From assembly GCF_036507355.1 (NCBI RefSeq), contig NZ_AP027877.1: a stretch of 64,000 nucleotides of DNA, one strand, 5' to 3'. Positions within the stretch are counted from its first letter, which is position 1. Each line of letters opens with the position of its first letter. This stretch comes from Escherichia coli. Lineage in GTDB: Bacteria; Pseudomonadota; Gammaproteobacteria; Enterobacterales; Enterobacteriaceae. Made by a program: the position numbers and the translations under genes. This document shows positions 26,790 to 35,436 of the stretch, piece after piece. The notes under the pieces are model-generated. The model was given only the letters and a program-made list of their open reading frames with translations. It ran no database searches and had not been told where the DNA came from.

Positions 26790-27989
26790 ATGCAAAAATC
26801 CTTCCGGTTTACCAATGCATCCATCAAAGCCCTACCTGCAAATACTGATACCCGCTCTACAGAGCTTGAGGTATCTGATACCGAAGTTATTGGACTCAAG
26901 TGCCTCTCAGGTCGAACAGGCAACAAGCGCTTCCTTCTGCGGTATACATTCCACGGTACCAAAAAAAGTATCAGTATTGGCAGATTTCCTGAAATTGATG
27001 TGGGAACAGCCCGGCAAATAGCCCGTCGTCACAAAGAAGCGATTGCGCTGGGAAATGACCCTAAAGCGGAGCGAGATAACTACCGCGCGATGCCAACACT
27101 TGGTGAGTTTTTCCATCAAACCTATGTTCCTTATATAAAGCGCCATAAAAAGTCATGGGATAAGGATGTTCAGCGTTTCACGCAATACATTGAACCTCGT
27201 CTGGGAAAGATACGTTACTGCGATCTCAGGGCCAGAGAGATACAACAGGTGCTGTTTGACATGCTGGAGGGGCGTATTCACGGGCAGCAATATGCGCCGT
27301 CTACCTGTAACAGAGCCCTTGCTATTCTGAAAACGATGGGGCGTTATGCGTTGCGACAGGATGTGCTGGAAAAGAATGAAGCCGATAAGATCCCTTTGCT
27401 GAAAGAGAATAATCAGCGGACGCGCTTTTTTGATGCTGATGAGATCAGGCGCATTCTTGACGCTGCTACCCAATATCCCAACAAAGCTGCCGGGGGATTG
27501 ATAGCCATGTTGTTGTTAACCGGTACACGCAAATCAGAAATGCTTAATGTCAGGCATGAACATATCGACCGGGCCAATCGTACTCTGTTCATTCCTTATA
27601 CAAAAAATGGTCGCAGTCGGACGGTATATCTAAGCGATGCCGCATTATCGATTATTGATGCTATCCCACGAGTTGGCAGTAATCCGTATCTGTTCGCCAT
27701 TAAGGATAATGGAAAACCGATATCGGAACCCCGATGGGCATATGAAAAAATACTGGCACAGTGCGGTATAGACAAGAATGAAGTCTGTTTTCACACCACA
27801 CGTCATTCTGTTGCCTCTTTACTGGTTTCGAGTGGTCAATTCAGCCTGTATGACGTTAAAGCCCAACTGGCGCATGCCAGTATTCAGAGTACAGAACGTT
27901 ACGCGAAATTAACACCGGAACGTATGCGTCAGACAGGGCAGGGAGTGACTGACCTGCTTCTGAATACTGCGGCTACGAAGCAGATGTGA
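26790..27989 (+). CDS. Tyrosine recombinase / integrase (P4-like arm domain)
   Basis: N-terminal arm-binding region, catalytic HTTRHSVAS (HxxR) and TERYAKL (Tyr); start taken at MQKSFRF. Confidence 0.85.
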   Translation: MQKSFRFTNASIKALPANTDTRSTELEVSDTEVIGLKCLSGRTGNKRFLLRYTFHGTKKSISIGRFPEIDVGTARQIARRHKEAIALGNDPKAERDNYRAMPTLGEFFHQTYVPYIKRHKKSWDKDVQRFTQYIEPRLGKIRYCDLRAREIQQVLFDMLEGRIHGQQYAPSTCNRALAILKTMGRYALRQDVLEKNEADKIPLLKENNQRTRFFDADEIRRILDAATQYPNKAAGGLIAMLLLTGTRKSEMLNVRHEHIDRANRTLFIPYTKNGRSRTVYLSDAALSIIDAIPRVGSNPYLFAIKDNGKPISEPRWAYEKILAQCGIDKNEVCFHTTRHSVASLLVSSGQFSLYDVKAQLAHASIQSTERYAKLTPERMRQTGQGVTDLLLNTAATKQM

Positions 27990-28019
27990 CTACTTTTTAG
28001 CAAACTATAAATATGGAGA

Positions 28020-28262
28020 ATGAGGATGCATTTAAAATGCCCACAGTGTGGCAGTTGTAATACATTGATAAGTTCAGCAGGAAAACTGCCATCGATAACC
28101 GATAATAAACGCTCTGGGTATATTAGCCTGGAGTTTTTACCTGAAATACTGAAAGAAATTATTAAGGCTATTAAAAAACTATTTGGATTCCTTGAACAGT
28201 GTGAAAGGAATAATGCTCCAGTGCTTATCTGTATGGACTGTGGGTATTATGAAAGAATTTAA
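28020..28262 (+). CDS. Small zinc-ribbon protein (two CxxC pairs)
   Basis: CPQCGSC ... CMDCGYY in an 80-aa ORF. Confidence 0.5.
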   Translation: MRMHLKCPQCGSCNTLISSAGKLPSITDNKRSGYISLEFLPEILKEIIKAIKKLFGFLEQCERNNAPVLICMDCGYYERI

Positions 28263-28357
28263 ATAGAAAACCAATAACTGTAAATAATAGTTATGCGGAT
28301 GTATAAAAACCCCGATACGTTAATCGTATCGGGTTTTTTGTTTATGAGGATCATTCA

Positions 28358-28729
28358 ATGAAATTTGTCTCGAACTGGCAAGACCTGCCGTCGCTCCTTC
28401 TTCCGGAGTCAGTAATGAGTCTGTTGAAAACAGAGCTGGTACTCCCATTTGAAGATGAATACTCTGCAATGAGTTTCTGGGATGAAGTCGGGGTGACATT
28501 AATATATGTCGAGCCCGATGATGTACCTGAAGATATTAAAGCGCAGGTATTAAATGTGATTCATCAGTTAATTGCAAATCCAGAATTTGTAGTCCGTCTG
28601 ACAGATGACTATTACCTGATGCTTTCTGTTACGGAAGATAACGGGAACGGTATTTATCTGTTATTTCACCCCGATTGCCCTCTGAAGGGTATTGATTTAT
28701 TAGTTTCTATGGCCGAATCACGCTATTAA
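28358..28729 (+). CDS. Hypothetical acidic protein (123 aa)
   Basis: ORF in a same-strand cluster; no family recognised. Confidence 0.5.
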   Translation: MKFVSNWQDLPSLLLPESVMSLLKTELVLPFEDEYSAMSFWDEVGVTLIYVEPDDVPEDIKAQVLNVIHQLIANPEFVVRLTDDYYLMLSVTEDNGNGIYLLFHPDCPLKGIDLLVSMAESRY

Positions 28730-28754
28730 ACACAAGCAAAACCAGGAACACAAA

Positions 28755-29288
28755 ATGAGTAAATCAAAATTAGTTAAAAATAATGTTGAGTCAGTTTCGA
28801 AGGAGATTAAAAATGAGGCAGAGGTTATTCATGAAAATCTCAGTGCAGATGAACAAACATTATCTGATGTAAAAGACTATCAGTTGCTCATTGAAACAGG
28901 TCAGGCAGAAAAAATCAGTCCTAAGGCAAGTGGTATGCTGACATGGCAACTGGCGATATCAGAGGTGGACAATGAACTTTATCTTCGTCTGGTGGCAAAT
29001 GGCTGTGGAGGGTTGTTCTCTAAGGACTGGATCTCACTTTCAAAGATTGCATCTGTTCTGGAAACACAACCTGCTACCGGCTTCTCATCCGGAGTATTCA
29101 GGCCGCTATTCAAAGGGGCAAGCACCAACAATGCAGGTTTTCTGGCTGCAGTTTTACGCTCCCCGGATATATGTCTGCTGGAGGCACATCCAGAGAAGTT
29201 ATTTACTCATGTATTATACCCGGACTGGAGGGAGCGGTTGAATAAACTTAATACGATTAGTAGCCAGGAAAAGATTACAGAGGATTAA
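28755..29288 (+). CDS. Hypothetical protein (177 aa)
   Basis: ORF 26 bp after the previous gene; no family recognised. Confidence 0.5.
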   Translation: MSKSKLVKNNVESVSKEIKNEAEVIHENLSADEQTLSDVKDYQLLIETGQAEKISPKASGMLTWQLAISEVDNELYLRLVANGCGGLFSKDWISLSKIASVLETQPATGFSSGVFRPLFKGASTNNAGFLAAVLRSPDICLLEAHPEKLFTHVLYPDWRERLNKLNTISSQEKITED

Positions 29289-29360
29289 TTTATTTCCTGC
29301 ACTGTTATACAACCAGAAATCACCACACACCACTATTTACTTTCTAAAGGAAAATTTATT

Positions 29361-29795
29361 ATGCAAACCCAATATGCCTTAAAACAGGCAGGATTAACTC
29401 TGCCTGTTACTAAAGAATTTCAGCAGCATATTACTACGCTTCTGGCAAATCGGGTTTTACAAAAAATAACTGAGGCAGTGGTTATTAATTTCCGTGATCC
29501 GGACTACAGTGCAGAATCCGGCGGATTTCATCCGGTTGAAATGCGATTCATCCGTCAGGATAACGAATGGTATTTCGATTATGTCACAGACTTTAGTTAC
29601 ATGGGACGAGTCTACCCGGAACTGGAAAAAGAAATTGATTTTTGCTGGTCGGGGAATTATGTCTTCCATTATCTGGCTGGGGATATTTCACTGGCGGCAG
29701 AGAGGAATGAACTCTGGTCCTTATGGGAGGGTAATTTTATGGATTACCTGTCTATGGGGATTTACCGGGTAACGGTAACTGTGGAAAGTTGTTGA
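29361..29795 (+). CDS. Hypothetical protein (144 aa)
   Basis: ORF with plausible spacing; no family recognised. Confidence 0.5.
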   Translation: MQTQYALKQAGLTLPVTKEFQQHITTLLANRVLQKITEAVVINFRDPDYSAESGGFHPVEMRFIRQDNEWYFDYVTDFSYMGRVYPELEKEIDFCWSGNYVFHYLAGDISLAAERNELWSLWEGNFMDYLSMGIYRVTVTVESC

Positions 29796-30096
29796 CCCGT
29801 TATGAACAGGAAGAAAGCGGGCGGCTTTGTAATCTACTGCATGTGGCGTGCATCACAGCATGGAGATGATGTCTCTTTTTCCTGGCTGTTCGCATAAACA
29901 AGTGCAGACACGGGGGATCTCAGATCCCTCGTGATTTTTGCCCCCTATGGTGCATTCTCCAGTAGCAGGGTGATAACGGTTAATCCATTACCCCAACGAC
30001 AGTATTACACCGGTAATAAATGTTCATGAATACAGTTAGTTATGTGGGTTTTGAGGTGGGCTATGTCATCGTTGACGATAACTGAAGGTTTTACAG

Positions 30097-30324
30097 ATGT
30101 ATAAAACTCGCGGTGAAAGGATCGCAGAAAGGCTGTGCTGGATATTACTTCAACTGTATACCGGTAATACGGTATCGGTTAATGATATATGTCAGCGTTT
30201 CGCGGTCAGTCGCCGAACCGGACAGCGTGATTTGTTGAGAGTTGAAACTGTAACGGAAACTATTTCACCTGGAAGGGTAAGGCTGGCAAATTTGATAAGG
30301 GAACGAGTTAGACGAAATTTTTAA
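30097..30324 (+). CDS. Short HTH protein, possibly a remnant of a DeoR/WYL-type regulator
   Basis: VSVNDICQRFAVSRRTGQRDL resembles the N-terminal HTH of WYL/DeoR regulators; only 75 aa. Confidence 0.35.
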   Translation: MYKTRGERIAERLCWILLQLYTGNTVSVNDICQRFAVSRRTGQRDLLRVETVTETISPGRVRLANLIRERVRRNF

Positions 30325-30546
30325 TCGAATCCATATCAATTCTATAAAATATGAAAATTAACGGGAGTAAATATACACTCCCGTTATAATGCAACCTTTT
30401 TTTAACTACTCAAATGATATTAATTTAGGTGCGACAGTGTTTTTATGACATGTTAAATTCGCAAGATCAATAATATCATGAAACAATTTTAGGTAATGCT
30501 GCCAACTTACTGATTTAGTGTATGATGGTGATTTTAAGGTGCTTGC

Positions 30547-30822
30547 GTGGCTTCCATTTCCATCAGATGTCCTTCCTGCTACGCTACTGAAGGCGTGGTG
30601 CGTAACGGCAAAAGCACTGCCGGACATCAGCGCTATCTCTGCTCTCATTACCGTAAAACATGGCAACTACAGTTCACTTACACCGCCTCTCAGCCCGGTA
30701 CGCACCAGAAAATCATTGATATGGCCATGAATGGCGTCGGATGTCGCGCCAGTGCACGCATTATGGGCGTTGGCCTCAACACGGTTTTACGTCACTTAAA
30801 AAACTCAGGCCGCAGTCGGTAA
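30547..30822 (+). CDS. insA: IS1 InsA
   Basis: [40 protein letters not shown]... Confidence 0.92.
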   Translation: MASISIRCPSCYATEGVVRNGKSTAGHQRYLCSHYRKTWQLQFTYTASQPGTHQKIIDMAMNGVGCRASARIMGVGLNTVLRHLKNSGRSR

Positions 30823-30848
30823 CCTAGCGCATACAACCGGGCGGTGAT

Positions 30849-31244
30849 GTGATTGTCTGCGCTGAAATGGACGAACAGCGGGGTTACGTCGGCGCTAAAT
30901 CACGCCAGCGCTGGTTGTTTTACGCGTATGACAGGATTCGGAGGACGGTTGTGGCGCACGTATTCGGTGAACGCACTCTGGCCACACTGGAGCGTCTTCT
31001 GAGCCTGCTGTCGGCCTTTGAGGTCGTGGTATGGATGACGGATGGCTGGCCGCTGTATGAATCCCGCCTGAAGGGAAAGCTGCACGTTATCAGCAAGCGT
31101 TACACTCAGCGCATTGAGCGACATAATCTGAATCTGAGACAACATCTGGCAAGGCTGGGACGGAAGTCACTGTCGTTCTCAAAATCGGTGGAGCTGCATG
31201 ACAAGGTCATCGGGCATTATCTGAACATAAAACACTATCAGTAA
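30849..31244 (+). CDS. insB: IS1 InsB (transposase part; InsAB' made by frameshift)
   Basis: ...[47 protein letters not shown]... Confidence 0.9.
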   Translation: MIVCAEMDEQRGYVGAKSRQRWLFYAYDRIRRTVVAHVFGERTLATLERLLSLLSAFEVVVWMTDGWPLYESRLKGKLHVISKRYTQRIERHNLNLRQHLARLGRKSLSFSKSVELHDKVIGHYLNIKHYQ

Positions 31245-31435
31245 GTTGGAGTCATTACCTGTTTTTGCTGCATATTTGGCCATGCACTTTTGCCATCAAG
31301 TCAGAGAGACAGGGGCACCGTAAGAGACGAAGGTTGCTGCCTGTGATGAGAGGTTATCAGCAATTACAATGGTCACTAATATTTACATAATGTCGGAGAA
31401 CATCATTTTAGTTGAAATAATATAAAGGCGGTTCT

Positions 31436-31762
31436 ATGTATTTACATATCAGAAAGTATCAACTCGTAAATGCGAGATGGCGTGATATCATTGATTTGAC
31501 GGATTATGAAGAAACAATCAAGCAGGTTGTGAGTACATTATTTGGAAATGATTTTATTGAGGTCAGAGTTGAAACGCGTTGTTTTATTCTGACAGTAAAC
31601 AGTACAAGCAGTAAAATACCACACGGCATACTGGTGAATATGGGGAAAAGGCTGGCGGCGAATCTCCAGAGTATCACCTGTCATGCCATGCGGATCTATC
31701 ATGTAAATGGCCATCCTGACGCGCGGCAGTTATTTCACTGTTTTGATGCCGATTGCCTGTGA
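31436..31762 (+). CDS. Hypothetical protein (108 aa)
   Basis: ORF between IS1 and the convergent polymerase gene; no family recognised. Confidence 0.4.
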   Translation: MYLHIRKYQLVNARWRDIIDLTDYEETIKQVVSTLFGNDFIEVRVETRCFILTVNSTSSKIPHGILVNMGKRLAANLQSITCHAMRIYHVNGHPDARQLFHCFDADCL

Positions 31763-31810
31763 TTAAGCCCCCAACTTCTGTTAAAGGAGTTGGGGGAGAT
31801 TTAACGGTTA

Positions 31811-34474
31811 TCAGACTGGAAGACAGAATGTCGGATATTTACGGGCTATGATATCCATCAGTGACTTCATTCGCGGTGTTACAGAACTAAATTTCATTTG
31901 GGGTATTTTTGCTCTTACCGCATTTTTTACATCAGTCACCGTTACTGAATAGCCTTCTGACGTCAGCCATTCAGCAACCTCTTTACAGGAATAACTTTTT
32001 TTATCTTTCAGCATCAGCCCCCATTGGCACTGAGTCAGCGCCCGGAGAAATAGTCTGACTAAAATATCATCACTACGTTTGCTTCCGACTTTTAGTTTCA
32101 TATCAGAAAACACCGTCCGGCAATAGAGAAAATCACACCAGTCATCCCAGTCAGCCAGGGTCTTCAGTGTATGCGTTTGCCGCCAGTCGTCGAAAAGGGA
32201 GCGTTGCTGCAGAGCCTCTTCCATATTATCCCACGGGCGGGAAAACATCAGTAGATGCCCTTCATTCATGGCGGGCCGTACGGGCTGGCGTTTGAAATCG
32301 AATTCCAGATTAAGACGGATATCCTGTTCCCGGGATACCAGATCGCTTTCCGAGAGCCACATCTCACGCGTTGATATCAACGTACTTCGGGATAACGTCT
32401 GACCGGGTAAACGATTAAGGTAAAGATCTACCATATAGTCGTTATAGTCACTGCGTGGAATATCGGCAGGAGGTTTGACGCCAGCCCTGGCATGAACAAC
32501 AGGTTTTCCCTGAATCGCTTTATAGGTTAACTGCCCCCGGGTTTTCATGGCGATAAGCTGGCTGACCTCATGCTTACATGTCAACATTGATGAACCCGGA
32601 TCAACAATATCGCACAGCGACTGGAAGCGGGAAGACAGTGGACCGCTCATGTTTATCTTGTCAAGTGGGCAATTTGTCAAAAAACCATCGGTTGTGACGC
32701 TGACAACCGATGAATCAGAAGGCAAAGCATTCATGAGTTCCCCGACAACGGCGCGGATAAATCCCGTCACATGCGCAGCAAAGAATGGCTGAGTAACCGA
32801 TGATGGTGGGAGGGATCTGTTTAATCCACGGGCAGTATCAAAGGCGGTTTTGGCGCGAAGGCCCTGAGCAAGTTTGCCATAAAGCGAGTTGCCAATTTCT
32901 TTCCAGAATTTCTCCTCCAAAGAACCCTTAATATGGCGATTACGGTTCTCACGGACCTGTTGAACAAAGGGAAGAAACACCGATGTTGATTCGCTGTTAT
33001 GTGGGGAGGTGTCACAGATCCAGGGGACGATGATCCCATTATGGATCGTCATCTCTGCCCCGAGCGACAGAGCAAGTTCGATTTCAGGTGCCGTTGCCCA
33101 TGATTCGCCACTTAATGGAAAGAATAACCCATATTGATCGGTCCGAACCGGCAGGCTGGGATAGGGAACTGATTCCGGGAACCGAAATGTGACAAGCGCA
33201 AATCCCATCACATGCCCACAGTAATCGTCCGGATTTTTACTGAGGCGGATGTTTCCGTAATCGGGTATGAGGATATCTAATAGCCCGGTGGTATACGCTC
33301 CAGCCAGATCGTAGTCATACCAGTGATCAGACGGTGTAACCCCCATCATAAAACACTCATTGCGTCCGCCGTGGTAACAGTTGATCGGGAACGTTTCAAA
33401 CAACTCTCTTGAAGGAACACTGGCGGGGTTTTTAATCGTCCGGAATGCCTGTTTCTCCGTGAGCCAGAGTTCACGGGTTTTAATGTGTGTCCCAAGGCAG
33501 ACTTCAGGAGACATATTGTTTTCTTTAAGTGTTTTGGTGAACCGTGAAACTGCCATCGCCCCGATGGTGGCGGGGACACGATCAATCATCAGCTCCCGGG
33601 CGCAAAAATTGCGAACCTGTAAAGCATAACGAACCGCAATCTCGGCATCCCGCAGAGCATAGGCTTCAAACCCTGCTCTGTCGCCCAGAAGATATTCACG
33701 CATATTGGTTATGGAATAAGGTGCAGGAATGGTGAGTTTGGGAAGACCCAGTAATTCACCACATTCAGCCAGACCCATACCCCCGGGAGTGATAAGCAGT
33801 GTATCGATGAAAGCTACGTTACTGCAACGCGGAGGGGAAGTTCGTTTGTCAAACATTATCTGTTCAGTCTTTACGCGACGTTCCTGCTGTTCATCAAAAT
33901 CGATACCGTAACGATTTTTGAAGCTGCTGACAGTACCGCGTATTCCTTTCAGAAGAATTTTGTAGTCTGACCAGAAATTGGCAAAGGAGGCGATATCCGC
34001 ACGAATGAAATGCGCATATATATTAATAATACCGGGCCATTTTGTAATCACACCCGTTTCAAGAAGCGGTGTAATCGTTTGACAGAGAAATTCCTTAAAA
34101 GACAGTCGGGATTTTTTCTGTGAGTCAGGTGGATAGATAATGTTCGATATACCAGTGTTATCGGGTAAGACGACATAACTCTGATATGACAGAATATCAT
34201 TCTGTTGTGTTTCAGGATTGAAAACATATTCGGTATCAAAACCGATATGGAGTGTCAGGTCACTTGAAATAACAGATACTTTTTTTGATGCAGGTGGTAT
34301 CACAGGATAATCATCAAGCGTTTTAGGTCTTTTAAGATTGAGCGCTGGCTCTGAAGTCACGGACTGATACCCCGAGGCGGCAGCGAGGATATCCTGCAAA
34401 TTATGGCTCATAGTTAACTCCGAAAAAATGCCGGGAGCTGTGTCCCGGCATAAAGAATCAAGATTTAATAACAT
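31811..34474 (-). CDS. Family-B DNA polymerase of the primer-independent PolB (piPolB) type
   Basis: Exo I FDTEY, motif B KEIGNSLYG (KxxxNSxYG), motif C-like VTTDG, and KTRG in AMKTRGQLTY in place of the KxY motif; 887 aa. Confidence 0.85.
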   Translation of the reverse strand: MLLNLDSLCRDTAPGIFSELTMSHNLQDILAAASGYQSVTSEPALNLKRPKTLDDYPVIPPASKKVSVISSDLTLHIGFDTEYVFNPETQQNDILSYQSYVVLPDNTGISNIIYPPDSQKKSRLSFKEFLCQTITPLLETGVITKWPGIINIYAHFIRADIASFANFWSDYKILLKGIRGTVSSFKNRYGIDFDEQQERRVKTEQIMFDKRTSPPRCSNVAFIDTLLITPGGMGLAECGELLGLPKLTIPAPYSITNMREYLLGDRAGFEAYALRDAEIAVRYALQVRNFCARELMIDRVPATIGAMAVSRFTKTLKENNMSPEVCLGTHIKTRELWLTEKQAFRTIKNPASVPSRELFETFPINCYHGGRNECFMMGVTPSDHWYDYDLAGAYTTGLLDILIPDYGNIRLSKNPDDYCGHVMGFALVTFRFPESVPYPSLPVRTDQYGLFFPLSGESWATAPEIELALSLGAEMTIHNGIIVPWICDTSPHNSESTSVFLPFVQQVRENRNRHIKGSLEEKFWKEIGNSLYGKLAQGLRAKTAFDTARGLNRSLPPSSVTQPFFAAHVTGFIRAVVGELMNALPSDSSVVSVTTDGFLTNCPLDKINMSGPLSSRFQSLCDIVDPGSSMLTCKHEVSQLIAMKTRGQLTYKAIQGKPVVHARAGVKPPADIPRSDYNDYMVDLYLNRLPGQTLSRSTLISTREMWLSESDLVSREQDIRLNLEFDFKRQPVRPAMNEGHLLMFSRPWDNMEEALQQRSLFDDWRQTHTLKTLADWDDWCDFLYCRTVFSDMKLKVGSKRSDDILVRLFLRALTQCQWGLMLKDKKSYSCKEVAEWLTSEGYSVTVTDVKNAVRAKIPQMKFSSVTPRMKSLMDIIARKYPTFCLPV

Positions 34475-35096
34475 TTACTACAGATTTGAAAATATCGGTT
34501 TTGCGTGATTCATCATCTACATGGATAAAGGAAACGAGTTTCCTGCCTGCTTTAATCAGGATACCGCGTTGCGTCTTTTCCACAGACGGGGTAACGTGTG
34601 CAGATAACAGACAATGTTCATGTAAATGAAGAAACTTTTTTGAGGCGTAGCCGCCATGTAATCGGGCTTGAATGTCAAGATACATATCATCAAGAGAACC
34701 GGGTTCTCCTGATTCACTCAATACCGGATAACCCTTCTTATCAAAGAGGTTAAGGATAGATTTACTATCATGTTCGAACAGGGTAACACCGTAAATGTAT
34801 TTCATTCGAAAGGTGAGGGAATCGGTGGTGTAGACCTCCTCCTGACGATTGAAATTTTTGAGACGCCTGGCTAATTCATTAAAAACAGCACGAGCAGTAG
34901 CCGTGTCCTGCAGGGTGTAGGTATAAAGTACGAAGCCATCTGTGCCGATGAGCTTTACTAAGTTGTCCATAATCGTGATAGCGAGAACTAATGCAAAGGA
35001 TAGATATTTTTCATCGTTGTCTACAGCTGTGTTTGCTGCTTCAGGAAGAATGTTCAGTGCATTATTAGCATTATTTGCTGTGTTCTTAGTAACCAT
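34458..35096 (-). CDS. Hypothetical protein (212 aa) co-transcribed upstream of the polymerase
   Basis: Overlaps the polymerase start by 17 nt and the AlpA-like gene stop by 11 nt. Confidence 0.55.
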   Translation of the reverse strand: MVTKNTANNANNALNILPEAANTAVDNDEKYLSFALVLAITIMDNLVKLIGTDGFVLYTYTLQDTATARAVFNELARRLKNFNRQEEVYTTDSLTFRMKYIYGVTLFEHDSKSILNLFDKKGYPVLSESGEPGSLDDMYLDIQARLHGGYASKKFLHLHEHCLLSAHVTPSVEKTQRGILIKAGRKLVSFIHVDDESRKTDIFKSVVNVIKS

Positions 35097-35286
35097 TTAT
35101 ATCACCTTTAAGTTTGTTTTGACGATGTGCATTTTCCCACTCAACAATATCATCAAGAGAGAATCGTATAGCCCGCCCAATTCTGATGAAGGGCGGGAGT
35201 TTTCCGGGGTTGCGCGATATATCTGACGCAACCGTGGATGCAGAAAGATTAAATCTTTCTGCGAACTGCTTAATGGTTAAATACAT
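35086..35286 (-). CDS. AlpA-family phage-type regulator / excisionase-like HTH protein
   Basis: 66 aa, MYLTIKQFAERFNLSASTVASDISRNPGKLPPFIRIGRAIRFSLDDIVEW, typical AlpA/Xis HTH_17. Confidence 0.75.
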   Translation of the reverse strand: MYLTIKQFAERFNLSASTVASDISRNPGKLPPFIRIGRAIRFSLDDIVEWENAHRQNKLKGDINGY

Positions 35287-35436
35287 AAACCTCCGGTTTC
35301 AGAGAATAAGAAGCCACGCGGATTTAATATCAATCCACATTCTGTGATGACTTAATGCAGGGCCCTGCAGAAGCATGCAATGACAATACCGTCCTTAAAC
35401 GAGTGTTGCATCAATCACGAATCACAGATCATAGGT

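Larger units (their letters stand above)
30492..31259 (+). mobile_element. IS1 insertion sequence (768 bp)
   Basis: Termini GGTAATGCTGCCAACTTACTGAT ... ATCAGTAAGTTGGAGTCATTACC; contains insA and insB. Confidence 0.92.
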
